The notes: generated by a model from the letters alone, not told the origin. A stretch of 62,640 bases of DNA from a virus (IMGVR_UViG_3300025652_000066:1-62640), one strand, 5' to 3'. Positions 8,412 through 19,092 are shown, counted from the first letter of the stretch. Numbers and translations: made by a program.

Positions 8412-8918
8412 TTATGGAGGCGTAGGGAGCTGGGCTAATATTTCTGCAAACGTAGGCACTGGATCCCCCACAACATGGGCGTTTAATATAGACTGACCAG
8501 CTACCCAAACATTGCCTCTCCATAGTACATAGCTCTCCCCTTCTACTTGAAATGGGTTAACACTACCAGCATAAGAACAAGCAGATAAAATATTGTCGTA
8601 CCCATTAGCCACAGCCGTATCATCTAAGTAGCTCTGAATAGCCGCAGTAAGTCTTGCCACCTCTACAGCTTCTTTAGCTACTACAGCTTCATCATAAGCC
8701 TCTTGGTTGCTCACTGCCCAAGCTAGGTCATAAGATAGAACACCACCACCTATCCATAGGTCTGGCGCATCAGCAGCCACTACTTCATGGGTAGTATCTT
8801 TAATATCCAAGGCTTTAGTTCTGCCCACCACCATTCTAGAAGCATCAATATCAATAGGCTCGAAGTCTGGGAACATGTAGATAGCTTTTTTAGAAGTTAT
8901 TTCTCTTACAATTTGCAT
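8412..8918 (-). CDS. tail fibre assembly/chaperone-like protein
   Basis: IQSYLDDTA...GYDNILSACSY...WRGNVW...LAQLP; follows a fibre gene. Confidence 0.6.
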   Translation of the reverse strand: MQIVREITSKKAIYMFPDFEPIDIDASRMVVGRTKALDIKDTTHEVVAADAPDLWIGGGVLSYDLAWAVSNQEAYDEAVVAKEAVEVARLTAAIQSYLDDTAVANGYDNILSACSYAGSVNPFQVEGESYVLWRGNVWVAGQSILNAHVVGDPVPTFAEILAQLPTPP

Positions 8919-8923
8919 GGTAG

Positions 8924-10537
8924 TTATAACCTATCTATGTAAAGTTCAGTTGCTGAAAGTGCCTTACCAACGTACACACCCGCTAGACTATTCTCTGTCA
9001 GCGTACCAGTACCCGTCACGTAGTAGTCAGAGCCTATGGTTAAGTCTGTTTGATTTGCGTCAATGAAACCTTTAACACCCACTGATACTGTTTGGGCATC
9101 GGTTGCTGAGGCTTGGGCAATACCAATAGTGTTTGAGTTGTTTGAGGTGTCAGTTTGGTAAACTATTGCTGTGCCGAAACTAGAGTTGTCTACGTCAGCA
9201 TAAGCTATAATATTTTTAGTAGTATCCCGTGATATAGAATAATAACTTGATGAGGCACTTGCAAACACTGTGGCAGTACCAAAACTTATTGAATTTCCAG
9301 AAATCGCACCAGTAACTAGTGTGCCAAAACCCCCATTAATCTCGTCCCTGTAGGTTATTAGTATTTTGCCAGCGGTTGTGTCATAGATTGTGTCTAGATG
9401 AGATATATTCACACTGGCGAAAACCACCGCCGTGCCAAAACTAATTGTAGTACCAGAAACTGTACCTACAATAGCTTTTCCGTAATCTACAGTAGCATCA
9501 TCATCCCTGTAAGATATGGCTATTTTATTATTAGTCAGGTCGTGCATTGCGCTTGTGAGGGATGTAGCCGCACTGGAGAAAACCACTGGTGTACCAAAAC
9601 TTATAGCAGTACCAGAAACAGTACCTACTACTGCGGTACCATAGCTAGAGTTACCTAGGTCTTGGTAAGTTATAACAACTTTGTTATTAGTTGAGTCATA
9701 GACTGCTGAGGTATAGGTAGCGGAAGCTCCAAACACCACGGCAGTACCGAAACTGATGGAGGTCCCAGAAACTGTTCCTACTATAGCAGTACCTTTGCCA
9801 GTATTGCCATTATCTCTATAAGCAATGACTACTTTATTGTTGGTGTTGTCGAAAGCTGTTGAGATGTAGGGAGCACTGGCACTTTCAAACACAGCCGCAG
9901 TACCAAAACTTATAGAGGTTCCAGAAACAGTACCAACAATGGCTGTACCAAAGCTAGAGTTACCAACATTTTGATAAGCTATAACAACTTTGTTATTAAG
10001 GCTATCATAAACTAATGTTATAGAGCCTTGAGTACTAGTATTGAATACTACTGCTGTACCAAAAGTTATACTAGTGCCACTTACTGTACCTACAATGGCT
10101 GTACCATAGTTAGAGTTACCTAGGTCTTGGTAAGCTATAACCACTTTGTCATTTAGGGTATCAAAGGCGGATGAAATATTACCACTGGAACCAGCACTCT
10201 CAAACACAGTAGCAGTACCAATGGCTTCACCACCACCAGTCTGACCCACCACACTTACTGTCCCGTCACCGTTCAAAGCAACAGCCAAACCAGCCGAAGC
10301 TATAGTACCAGTAGCAACGAAGTCTTTAGAACTACCACCACCTGTTGCGCCCCCACCTACGCTTCCCCATGAAGTACCGTTGTAACCTTCAAAGGCTGAT
10401 AGTGTCCCGTTGTATCTGAAGTAACCTGCTGAGGGTGAACCATCACGTTGAGCTGTAGTTCCTGAAGGCAAACCTATTGAGCCTGTCTCGCTTGTTATTA
10501 GCCCTGATAGGTCTGCTAAGTCTCTTGCCTTACTCAT
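8924..10537 (-). CDS. tail fibre/spike protein with ~7 beta-repeats
   Basis: MSKARDLA and LPSGTTAQR...FRYN...FEGY fibre motifs; repeated IAYxDxGN..GTAIVGTVSGT.ISFGT.VVF units. Confidence 0.75.
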   Translation of the reverse strand: MSKARDLADLSGLITSETGSIGLPSGTTAQRDGSPSAGYFRYNGTLSAFEGYNGTSWGSVGGGATGGGSSKDFVATGTIASAGLAVALNGDGTVSVVGQTGGGEAIGTATVFESAGSSGNISSAFDTLNDKVVIAYQDLGNSNYGTAIVGTVSGTSITFGTAVVFNTSTQGSITLVYDSLNNKVVIAYQNVGNSSFGTAIVGTVSGTSISFGTAAVFESASAPYISTAFDNTNNKVVIAYRDNGNTGKGTAIVGTVSGTSISFGTAVVFGASATYTSAVYDSTNNKVVITYQDLGNSSYGTAVVGTVSGTAISFGTPVVFSSAATSLTSAMHDLTNNKIAISYRDDDATVDYGKAIVGTVSGTTISFGTAVVFASVNISHLDTIYDTTAGKILITYRDEINGGFGTLVTGAISGNSISFGTATVFASASSSYYSISRDTTKNIIAYADVDNSSFGTAIVYQTDTSNNSNTIGIAQASATDAQTVSVGVKGFIDANQTDLTIGSDYYVTGTGTLTENSLAGVYVGKALSATELYIDRL

Positions 10538-10797
10538 TAGGCTACTCCAATTTCTTGCTGTGCTATGAAGTCCTTACGGTTCTGAATAACTTCAGGAGTC
10601 CAAGTGAGATTAGCTAAGTCAACAATACGCTGATTAGTTACATCACCTAAGCCACGAGCAGGGTCTAATACGTTACGATGGAAGGTTGAGGTTAATTCAA
10701 CGCCATCCTCTAATATTGAAGTCTTTTCCTGTATCTGAATTTGACCATCTGCTAAGACTGTCATTTGAGATATTTCTACTTGTTTTGTAATTGCCAT
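10537..10797 (-). CDS. fibre-associated small protein
   Basis: QIQIQEKT.I.EDGVEL.STFHR...WT pattern downstream of a fibre gene. Confidence 0.55.
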   Translation of the reverse strand: MAITKQVEISQMTVLADGQIQIQEKTSILEDGVELTSTFHRNVLDPARGLGDVTNQRIVDLANLTWTPEVIQNRKDFIAQQEIGVA

Positions 10798-10801
10798 GAT
10801 T

Positions 10802-11986
10802 TTATACCTTGTACGTTATTGAGAAAAAGAGCTTTGAGCCTGCTGCAACATCACTAGGTATTAGGGGTGTTGTTCCAGCTGTTGAGTCAAATAATTTTAT
10901 TGATATAGTTGTCGTATTGCCAACACCTCGCCCCATTAATGCAAATGTGCCTGACAGGGTTAACGATGTCCCTTCAACGGGGCAAACTACAAAGCTAACA
11001 GCTGTGCCCATCGTAAACGGCAACCCCCCAAAGAATAGCGCTCCTGCCATGCCAGATGTAGTGTTTATCTCTATGTATGCGTTGCAAGTCACGATGTCAC
11101 CGCATTTAGTGTAATCGCCCTCCTGAGTAGTATAAGTATTCGTTCCCGCCGTGGAGATGCCGTAAAGTGTAGGAGTAAAAGTTCCCTCCTCGTAGTCGTC
11201 AAGGGTAGTAGCGTCTGCACTTGCATTTTGGGTTACTGGGAATTGAAGTTGTCCCTGAGTTACCTTTATAGAACCCGCCCGTGATACCCTGAGTATCTCA
11301 GTGTTTAACGTATTATCATCATTTAACGCCCTAACTAGTAAGTCTGACGTTGTTCCAGTTAGTGCCCATTTTTTAGCATCTACAGCTTGGTCAGTTTCTT
11401 CTAAAATTATCTGTGGTGCTGTTGTTGATATAAACTGAGCCGCTGTAAACGAATTAGGTAAGGCAAGCGCCGCCTTCTCAGTATCTAACTCATCTATAGC
11501 GGCTTGTACGTTTGTTGCTATTATGTTTCCTGTTGGCACGTTCACCACATTAGTGGCTGTCAATGCAGTAGAGGACAAGAAGTTAAATGAGACCATAGCT
11601 ATCTCGTCATTCAGGTCTGCACCCACTGTTAGCGTGACGGTATTCGCTACATTATCTAAAGTGTAATCCACTGCGGGTAATAATTTAGCACCGTTTAGAA
11701 ACACTAGTATTGACGCGTCAGTATCGTAGAGCAGTACAACACCATTATCATCAGCACCACTAAATAGGGTCTGACTTGCTGTTGCTGTGTAAACTAATTC
11801 CTGTGTGATTGTATCTAATACAGATGCTGAAGCACCGATCTCAACAATAGCGTCCGAGCCGTCGTTTTTCTTTGTATATAACCTACCGTCATACGTGTTT
11901 AACGCTAGCTCACCTAAATCTAAGTCAGCAACTAACGGAGCTTTCGAGGCGACCGCGCTACGTTTTAACTTTAATGTATTAGCCAT
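10802..11986 (-). CDS. tail fibre protein
   Basis: LKLKRS...GELALNTYDGRLY N-terminal module; TNVQAAIDEL; LDDYEEGTFTP head domain. Confidence 0.75.
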   Translation of the reverse strand: MANTLKLKRSAVASKAPLVADLDLGELALNTYDGRLYTKKNDGSDAIVEIGASASVLDTITQELVYTATASQTLFSGADDNGVVLLYDTDASILVFLNGAKLLPAVDYTLDNVANTVTLTVGADLNDEIAMVSFNFLSSTALTATNVVNVPTGNIIATNVQAAIDELDTEKAALALPNSFTAAQFISTTAPQIILEETDQAVDAKKWALTGTTSDLLVRALNDDNTLNTEILRVSRAGSIKVTQGQLQFPVTQNASADATTLDDYEEGTFTPTLYGISTAGTNTYTTQEGDYTKCGDIVTCNAYIEINTTSGMAGALFFGGLPFTMGTAVSFVVCPVEGTSLTLSGTFALMGRGVGNTTTISIKLFDSTAGTTPLIPSDVAAGSKLFFSITYKV

Positions 11987-12028
11987 ATGGCTTCTCCTTA
12001 GTGCTTATATAAGCAGAGATTAGGTTTC

Positions 12029-12859
12029 TTAGAATGTACCGCCATCAATAACCCAAGCATTCAGCCTGAGGGGTGTAACGATACGTAGGTCATCTGAGCC
12101 TGCATCGACTTCAACTTGCGTAGCTAATTCAGCAATACCTGCTACTGTTTGCGTAGCTTGAACTTCATCACCAGAGTTAGTACCAGACGTATTACCAAGT
12201 TTGGTAACCGAGGCATCTGTTAATGCGTTAGTGTCAGCATTAGATTCATACTGCGTTTTGATGCTAGCAGGTGTTAAGTTAGCCTGAACAATAGTCCAGT
12301 CAGTTTCTGCTGCAGCATTGTCAACCTGAGAAATCAGCGTGTCACCTATCTCTACATCTGCTGTAAAGAAGGTACCTGCTACCGTTACGGTGTAGGTATC
12401 ACCGGTAACCGTCGCTATTGGCGTGCTATCTAAGTTTGGAGTATCGGTTGACGCGTTGTAGTCGCCTTTGTACGCCATACCTGAAGTTACAGCTCCAGCA
12501 ACCTGGGCGGTCACGTAGGCTTTTACAGATTGCTGAGTCGGTACTTTAGATGCCGAATCCGTAGCAAAGCTATCTTCATCGATTACAAAACCTACTGCAG
12601 CAGAGGATGTGTCGCTGTTCATCACAGCACCAGCAGCGTCGACCGAGGCCGCGTCTGTTACGTCAGCGCCTGCTTCAATACCGTTTAATTTAGCTACGTA
12701 TTTCCAACCGCCGACTACTTCTTGCGACGCACCAGCAATACCGATGAATAGTTCACCGTCGCCTGTACCTGTACTTTCTGAATAAGCTAACTCACCTTGT
12801 GTGAGCCCCGTAGGAGCAGCAGAAGTACTACTGCGTTTGATCCGTATTGTATTTGCCAT
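12029..12859 (-). CDS. tail fibre/appendage protein
   Basis: IRIKRS...GELAY, KLNGIEAGADVTD, PTQQSVKAYV, GIAELATQ, C-terminal IDGGTF. Confidence 0.7.
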   Translation of the reverse strand: MANTIRIKRSSTSAAPTGLTQGELAYSESTGTGDGELFIGIAGASQEVVGGWKYVAKLNGIEAGADVTDAASVDAAGAVMNSDTSSAAVGFVIDEDSFATDSASKVPTQQSVKAYVTAQVAGAVTSGMAYKGDYNASTDTPNLDSTPIATVTGDTYTVTVAGTFFTADVEIGDTLISQVDNAAAETDWTIVQANLTPASIKTQYESNADTNALTDASVTKLGNTSGTNSGDEVQATQTVAGIAELATQVEVDAGSDDLRIVTPLRLNAWVIDGGTF

Positions 12860-12870
12860 TATTAATTCCC

Positions 12871-13167
12871 TTAGAAATAGCCGCCATTAGTATCTAAGCC
12901 ACCATTATCAGCAGCTAGCTCTGTCTTATAAACTATCGGTTCCCATATACCGGATGTATACACGGAGAGAACCTGTGTACTTGTTTGAAGCCATAGTTGT
13001 CCATTGTCTGCACCTGCCGGAGCGCTCTCACTGTCGATGACTTGCCCAGATCCATTATTACCCGCTGCACCAGCTGGACCTTGAATACCGAGCGTAACTA
13101 TGTCTACCGACTTAGTCCCAGGCGATACCGTGGTTGTGTTGTTCCGTATCGTTACTGTAGTAGTCAT
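12871..13167 (-). CDS. small fibre/adaptor-like protein
   Basis: GIQGPAG, GQLWLQT...VY..G.W, C-terminal NGGYF. Confidence 0.55.
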   Translation of the reverse strand: MTTTVTIRNNTTTVSPGTKSVDIVTLGIQGPAGAAGNNGSGQVIDSESAPAGADNGQLWLQTSTQVLSVYTSGIWEPIVYKTELAADNGGLDTNGGYF

Positions 13168-13730
13168 TTGAACGCGTTGAAATCGAAGAGGCTAAGGAGC
13201 TTGGATTTGACATGCTCACCGAAGCTACCTGCTGTAACGTGATCCGAGGTGTTGGCGTCCCATACTGCGGTAGCGTTTTGTGCATCTGTTGGAATAGATA
13301 GAAGTTTAGCGTTCTCTGCTTCACTAAGCCCGCTGCCTGTAGAGATAACGATTACTTCTACTTGCGGTGGAATGTAGGCAATATCGACTGACGTTGCTAA
13401 TGCAAGACTAGCTTTATCAAATACCGCAATACCTTCCTGTCCATCATCTGTAATTATTGTTCCGTTTATGGTCAGTACATGTGACGTATCAAACGGCACT
13501 ATTCTTGTCCCACTTAGCAACACTGCATATCTTTCGGTGAACTTACCACCGCCTTTGCTTACGTTACCTTCTGCGTTCATAAACACATCGTAAATACGTA
13601 AGCCTTCATCTGTTCTTCTTAGCGTTCTCATCTCTTTGTAAATGTCGATTGGGTTTACAGTAGCCCCGACCGTGTCTGCGTGTAGGTATATTCTGCGGTT
13701 AGCGCCATCTATAGAAGCTATCAGCGTCAT
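13164..13730 (-). CDS. virion structural hypothetical protein
   Basis: Coupled ORF within structural block. Confidence 0.6.
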   Translation of the reverse strand: MTLIASIDGANRRIYLHADTVGATVNPIDIYKEMRTLRRTDEGLRIYDVFMNAEGNVSKGGGKFTERYAVLLSGTRIVPFDTSHVLTINGTIITDDGQEGIAVFDKASLALATSVDIAYIPPQVEVIVISTGSGLSEAENAKLLSIPTDAQNATAVWDANTSDHVTAGSFGEHVKSKLLSLFDFNAFK

Positions 13731-14029
13731 ACATGTAACCTCCCGTTGCTATCCAATGTGGCATCATGTTCAATCGCCACCCATTTCAAGGCTACCGTTG
13801 CAATCATTGCGTAAAGTTCCATACCGTCGATCATTCCATCAGCAGCATAGTCATTGACAGGTTGCTTGTAGATGTCGCTCAATCTTCGGTATATTCTGTC
13901 GAAGCCACCGATAACCTGGATTTCTTTCCCCAAGTCATCGGTTATTACTTTCTCGACATGAATACTTATAAATGGCTCACCTACAGGTATAACATCAATA
14001 CTAATTGTTCTAATTCGTAGGTAAGCCAT
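13727..14029 (-). CDS. hypothetical protein
   Basis: AGGAG RBS; coupled to downstream gene. Confidence 0.55.
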   Translation of the reverse strand: MAYLRIRTISIDVIPVGEPFISIHVEKVITDDLGKEIQVIGGFDRIYRRLSDIYKQPVNDYAADGMIDGMELYAMIATVALKWVAIEHDATLDSNGRLHV

Positions 14030-14037
14030 AGCAGCTC

Positions 14038-15516
14038 CTATACGTTATTTTCTGCGGCTGGTGCGCATGTGAACGCTACGGTTGTTTGTTGCGTTATGCT
14101 GTAAAGCGTTTTAGCTTGGGTAGCCCCGCCATCACCTTCACATAAGAATACGCAATCTTTATCAGTCTCAGCAGTACCGCCGACCGTATCACCCGTATAA
14201 TCGAACGGGAAGATGATCTTGTTATTACCATTGGCTGAAGAAGAAAGACCTTTAACTGCCACTGATGAAGAGTTTTCAACTGTAACTGCGCCAGCGGTGT
14301 TGTAAGCTGCAGCAAAGAAACTATGATACCAAGAGTTAACATCGCCTTTAGCAGTTGAACCGATATCCGCTTCTACTGAAACAGAGAATGAGTAAGCCTT
14401 GACAGTACCGCCATCATCGGTAAATACAACTCGTTGCTGATCGGCTGTTGGAATGTTCGTGATGTACATTCCTTCAGTAGTTGGATCAACACCAGATTTA
14501 GTTACGATTTGACCTTGAGCATTGTATGAATACCAAGTTTCAATGTCTTTACCTAAGCTACCTGTAGTTACACCAAGACCATCTGCTTCATCTGGTTGTG
14601 TTGCGAAAGCATCTAACCATGCTACACACTGGTTTAATGTAGCTGAGTTTGAGTTGATTAGTTCCCATGAGAACAATCTACTACCTGTTTCATCAGAGAA
14701 CTCAGCAGACTTAGCAGAAGGCGCGGCAATGTTGTTTAATTCCATCGTCGCCCATACACCAGTGGGGGTCGTGTAAACATCTGCAAGAGGATGAGTAGTT
14801 GTGTTAGTTGTTAAATGCACAGACTCGTTCAATGCGAAACCTGTTGAGTAACCACCTAATTCTGTGATACCCAAATCGGTAGTAGTTGCTTTTCTATCGT
14901 AGTTGTTTCCGTATGTACGGACAGACACGGCTTCATAGGTACGACTATCGAAAGACCCGTTAGACACATCACCGAATACTTGAACCGCTTCATCTATCTG
15001 ACCAACTTTAGCGAAATCCGTTGCTGTACCCTGAATGGCTAATTGATAGTAAGGTTGTGATCCAGCTTCGATGTTGGATAAACCTTTGTTACCGAAGTAG
15101 ATCCGTGTAGCTACCGCGCTTGCATCAAGCTCGTTCCAGCCGGAGCCGCGAATACCCGCTCTATCAGCATCAGTCGATGGTGTTTTAGCATTAACAAAGT
15201 TATATGCACCACCGAACTTAAAGGTACCTGAAGTCCAACGATCATACTGACGAAGCACTTCATCTGAAGCACGTTCCTGATTTTCAAAAGCGTAGATAGC
15301 CTCGAATTTCAAGCCATCTGCACGAATCAATGGATTTGGATCTGACGCACCACCACCGACGCTGGTTAAATCAACCGTTGCCAATTCATCTGCGTAGATA
15401 AATTCAATCAGGTCATTCGCTTTGTCGAAGTAGATGTTGCCATCTGGTGTTCCGGCTCGCGAGTCTGTTGATTGGACGAGTGTTGTATTGTAGTTGGATA
15501 AATCTATAAGTGCCAT
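14038..15516 (-). CDS. virion structural hypothetical protein (492 aa)
   Basis: Acidic Thr/Ser/Gly-rich long ORF with GAGGAG RBS. Confidence 0.65.
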   Translation of the reverse strand: MALIDLSNYNTTLVQSTDSRAGTPDGNIYFDKANDLIEFIYADELATVDLTSVGGGASDPNPLIRADGLKFEAIYAFENQERASDEVLRQYDRWTSGTFKFGGAYNFVNAKTPSTDADRAGIRGSGWNELDASAVATRIYFGNKGLSNIEAGSQPYYQLAIQGTATDFAKVGQIDEAVQVFGDVSNGSFDSRTYEAVSVRTYGNNYDRKATTTDLGITELGGYSTGFALNESVHLTTNTTTHPLADVYTTPTGVWATMELNNIAAPSAKSAEFSDETGSRLFSWELINSNSATLNQCVAWLDAFATQPDEADGLGVTTGSLGKDIETWYSYNAQGQIVTKSGVDPTTEGMYITNIPTADQQRVVFTDDGGTVKAYSFSVSVEADIGSTAKGDVNSWYHSFFAAAYNTAGAVTVENSSSVAVKGLSSSANGNNKIIFPFDYTGDTVGGTAETDKDCVFLCEGDGGATQAKTLYSITQQTTVAFTCAPAAENNV

Positions 15517-15520
15517 GTGG

Positions 15521-15859
15521 CTACTCCTCTGGTAATAAGTTTTCTAAAATAGTTGCGAGTCGTACATTTTCAATACCCAACTCATTGTTCACGCCTGCCA
15601 ACTCGTCTATCTGAGCCTTTAAATATTCGTTCTGCTTTTCTTTTTGAAAATTAATTCCTGCATTGAAAGCAATAAGTTCGTACTTCTTTGCGAAGTTAAG
15701 AATATTGAACATAAGCGCATCGTTAATTACAGGAGGGAAACTATGAATAGCCTCGCCTGTCACGTTCTTTCTTACAGTCCAATCGCTCTTAACTGCACCA
15801 TTCGTGTTCTGTGTAACGTGCGATGTTTGTAAGTCAATCAATTCAGGTTGCTCTGCCAT
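15521..15859 (-). CDS. hypothetical protein with C-terminal coiled coil
   Basis: TAATG coupling to upstream gene. Confidence 0.6.
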   Translation of the reverse strand: MAEQPELIDLQTSHVTQNTNGAVKSDWTVRKNVTGEAIHSFPPVINDALMFNILNFAKKYELIAFNAGINFQKEKQNEYLKAQIDELAGVNNELGIENVRLATILENLLPEE

Positions 15860-17499
15860 TAGTTATTAATGTCCTTTTTTAAATTTATGATGACGTTTTG
15901 ATCGCCAGCGGTTGCGGAGTAGTAAGTCACAGACTCTTCAAAGTCATTAGCTTTAGGTAATATCTGAATCGCATAGTTGGTACCATTGACAAAATCGTAA
16001 GCATAAGATTGAGATGCGTTTGTTGCGTTTTCATCCCCTTGAACTTCGTTAGCACCCGCCAAACTTCCTGTGTTGGTTACTTCATAGATGCGGTATTCGT
16101 AGTTCGTAATTGCGGGATTTAACGTGTAACCCAACGTAGACTTGTCTACCGAAACAATGAAACTTCCCAATCCTGAGTTAAATATTGTCGGAGTGGTTGC
16201 GCCAGCGACTACGTTGATGGTTAACGTAGCAGCGACTAGCATATTTATACGAATCGTTTCGTTACCTGTACTTCCGTTTATGCCTGCATAACCACTGTCA
16301 TTACTGTTCCATGTGTAGGTTTCGTCTGTTCCTGTAGAGATGTTTAACTCTACTGCGTGACCGGTGCCTGTAGACTCAAATGTAGAAAACTTTATAAAAT
16401 CCAAATCGGAAACAATAACTGCCGCAGAAGCAGGTGAGTTTCTAACCGTAGTTTTATTCAACTCGCCTGTTAGCGTGATAGCGCCGCAACCATTGAATGT
16501 ACAAGAAGCCATAGTGTTAGCGATAGCCGCTGTACCACCTGAAGTGAATACAACACCTGATATTGCTTGACCTAACTTGGTAGCTACCGTTGCGTAGTTG
16601 GAAACTGCACCGCCTGACATTGTGAAAGCAGTAGCCGCTGTCGTATCAAAGTTGTAGTCAACTAAGCCGGATGCCGATATAGATGAGTTTGTTAGTGTTG
16701 CTGTGCCTGTAACATCGAAGCCATACGTGTAAGCACCACCTAGCGTGTCAGAGAATACTAGCGTTTCACCGCTGGAAGTCATAGCTGTACCGTCGAATGA
16801 AACACTACCTTGCGTAAACACGATACCTTCCTCTATTCGCATTACACCAATAGCGGCTGTATCATCTTGTACTGTTGCCTCTGTGAATAACGCGTTTGAA
16901 TCAGTTGTACCATTAAAAGATAATCCAGCGCCTACTTCCATAGCATCGACAACAAAGTTATCAAAACGTGTAGTATTACCACCTACGTCAGTAACAAATC
17001 CTATTTCGGTGATATCGCCTAATGTAGCATTTGTACCACTATTACCGCTCGGTGTAGATGCTGTGTTTACTGCCCATTTTATGAAACCACCTGAGTATGT
17101 GTCTGACCCTGCTACGTTCCAATAAGAGGTGTTTGCGCCATCGCCTAGCGCGATTTGCATACCACCGTTAGCTTTCAGTAATGCAGAACCAGCAGCTAAG
17201 AAAGCCGCCCAGATGTAGGCGTTGCCTAGAGGGACTTTTGTTAACCCAGTACCTGTGCCGCCTGACGTAAAGTCATAGCCTAGTGCGTTTGTATAGTAAA
17301 TCTTTACTCGTTGCTTGTTAGTACGAGAGGCTCTTGCATCAGTACCCTCAGCCACTAAATCGATTGTACCTACTGAATTTAGAAGACCAGCACCACCACC
17401 AGAACCCGAGATTGTTAATGCCGCCCAACCTGTAGCGGTATCAGCATTGTCTACTCTAGTAGCTTTGTATGTGCCGCCTGTATTTATCGTTACTGGCAT
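15859..17499 (-). CDS. beta-rich virion appendage/tailspike-like protein
   Basis: Gly/Thr/Ser-rich 546 aa ORF with beta-helix-like composition. Confidence 0.6.
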   Translation of the reverse strand: MPVTINTGGTYKATRVDNADTATGWAALTISGSGGGAGLLNSVGTIDLVAEGTDARASRTNKQRVKIYYTNALGYDFTSGGTGTGLTKVPLGNAYIWAAFLAAGSALLKANGGMQIALGDGANTSYWNVAGSDTYSGGFIKWAVNTASTPSGNSGTNATLGDITEIGFVTDVGGNTTRFDNFVVDAMEVGAGLSFNGTTDSNALFTEATVQDDTAAIGVMRIEEGIVFTQGSVSFDGTAMTSSGETLVFSDTLGGAYTYGFDVTGTATLTNSSISASGLVDYNFDTTAATAFTMSGGAVSNYATVATKLGQAISGVVFTSGGTAAIANTMASCTFNGCGAITLTGELNKTTVRNSPASAAVIVSDLDFIKFSTFESTGTGHAVELNISTGTDETYTWNSNDSGYAGINGSTGNETIRINMLVAATLTINVVAGATTPTIFNSGLGSFIVSVDKSTLGYTLNPAITNYEYRIYEVTNTGSLAGANEVQGDENATNASQSYAYDFVNGTNYAIQILPKANDFEESVTYYSATAGDQNVIINLKKDINN

Positions 17500-17786
17500 T
17501 AGTTACGCTCTATCAACCTGTCAAGCTTGTCGTTCATACGATTGAAATTAGAACTCATGCTCTCCATGGCTTTGATGCTACGTTCTTCGCTGTTGTTCAT
17601 CATATTCGTGACGTTATCGATCTTGAGCTCATTAGCACTGATACGCTTATCTAACGTCGCAGCCCACGAAAACATGCTTGTAGCAAAAAGAGCCGTAATA
17701 ATCAGATGGCCTACATTCAGACGTTTGTCCAAGTGCCAATGACTAGATAGCCCGTCTTCATCGCGATGATTGAGATGCTCATGCAT
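17499..17786 (-). CDS. single-TM coiled-coil protein
   Basis: WHLDKRLNV + TM + MNDKLDRLIE. Confidence 0.6.
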   Translation of the reverse strand: MHEHLNHRDEDGLSSHWHLDKRLNVGHLIITALFATSMFSWAATLDKRISANELKIDNVTNMMNNSEERSIKAMESMSSNFNRMNDKLDRLIERN

Positions 17787-18204
17787 AAGATATTCCTACT
17801 CGGTTATCCCAGACGTTATCAGCATTATCGTTGCCATCAGCTAGGGTTTCGGTGAACACGCCGGCCGGCGCTTCAATCCCACGTAAAATCATCCATGATG
17901 ATGACGCGGTGTTATTAGAATCGCTCCAGCCTTTGTAGTAGGTGTTTCCAACTTGAGCGTACTCGCGGTAGGCGTATTCAGTAGCTACGCCGCCCGTTCC
18001 TGTTCCTGCTGGGCCTTGTACACCTACCGTTACGATGTTTACTTTCTGAACGATGGGAGTAACAGACATAGCTGTAGTAGAAGCTGTAACAGATATATTT
18101 GAATTTACGAGGGATACGGTGTTTTCGACAGGCGCTAAAGCTACTGTATGTTCCTTTGGAACAACAGTGATGCTAGTTTGTAACGCTGAAGAAGAGATAG
18201 CCAT
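17779..18204 (-). CDS. virion structural hypothetical protein
   Basis: GVQGPAG; ADGNDNADNVWDNR..ISY C-terminus. Confidence 0.6.
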   Translation of the reverse strand: MAISSSALQTSITVVPKEHTVALAPVENTVSLVNSNISVTASTTAMSVTPIVQKVNIVTVGVQGPAGTGTGGVATEYAYREYAQVGNTYYKGWSDSNNTASSSWMILRGIEAPAGVFTETLADGNDNADNVWDNRVGISYA

Positions 18205-18578
18205 TATCTGGTTATCTCGGTATCTATTTTGACATTGCCTTTAAGCAGGCGGGTAACCACACCAGCAGCAGAAACCATTTCGAGATCGTAGTTACCAGCA
18301 GTCCACGAGATAGCAGCGGTGTCAGTAGCAGAAATGAACAGGCGAACTTCGCCAGGGGCTGTACCAAGAATCAAACCACCGTTTTCTGTAGTTAGTTCTA
18401 GTAAGGTAGATGCAGCATCTATTGAGTCACGGATGTGTAGTCGAGCTGTGTAGTTTTCAAGTCCTGCAACAGGTGAGTTAGACTCATCACTCCATGTAAG
18501 AGGCACGTCAAACGTAGCACCCTGTTCGATGACTACATTAAGTTTGCCCGCTACCGCTTTGATTGTATCTATCGCCAT
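18204..18578 (-). CDS. Ig-like fibre attachment/adaptor protein
   Basis: IEQGATF...YTAR...YDLEM....V.RLLKG pattern. Confidence 0.65.
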   Translation of the reverse strand: MAIDTIKAVAGKLNVVIEQGATFDVPLTWSDESNSPVAGLENYTARLHIRDSIDAASTLLELTTENGGLILGTAPGEVRLFISATDTAAISWTAGNYDLEMVSAAGVVTRLLKGNVKIDTEITR

Positions 18579-19092
18579 CCTTGGCTCCAGTATGCTGTAC
18601 TATTTTATTGATGTGACTCAACCATTGATCTAGAGAAGCCACGCTTTTCATCTTGTTACACGTGCCGCAAGCTGGTGTTATATTACCTGCTCGGTATGCG
18701 TCGCTGCTGTCGATCCGGTCTATACCTATACCATCTATTTTATCATTACAGTAGGCACAATGCGAGTTCCACAGCTTGACAAAGTCCCCAATGGTCAGAT
18801 CCCACTTTATATCTCGACTGCGCGCACTAGACCTGTACTCGGCAAAGCGGATCGTTATGTTACTAGAGCGTTCAGCCTTAGAGCAGCACGCCGTGCATAT
18901 TTCATATTTAGTAGACTTTGGCATTACTAGAGCGCATTTCTTACAGCGAACTAAATGCGGAGACTTAATATTCAGCCGCCTAGCCCGCACACTATTTTCC
19001 GTACGATGTGGGAGTACTAGCTCAGCTATGTCGGTATTAGAATAGAAGCGGTGTTCTCGAATTAACTCTTCTTCCCACTCCTGCCACTCCAC
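18538..19092 (-). CDS. HNH-type endonuclease with N-terminal DNA-binding region
   Basis: CAYC...GIDRIDS..AY..GN..PAC..CNKMK. Confidence 0.75.
   Translation of the reverse strand: MEWQEWEEELIREHRFYSNTDIAELVLPHRTENSVRARRLNIKSPHLVRCKKCALVMPKSTKYEICTACCSKAERSSNITIRFAEYRSSARSRDIKWDLTIGDFVKLWNSHCAYCNDKIDGIGIDRIDSSDAYRAGNITPACGTCNKMKSVASLDQWLSHINKIVQHTGAKDGDRYNQSGSGQT

Noticed and set aside
8924-12859. Diversity-generating retroelement acting on fibres
   Set aside because: No reverse transcriptase and no TR/VR pair differing at adenines was seen; the repeats are ordinary protein repeats.
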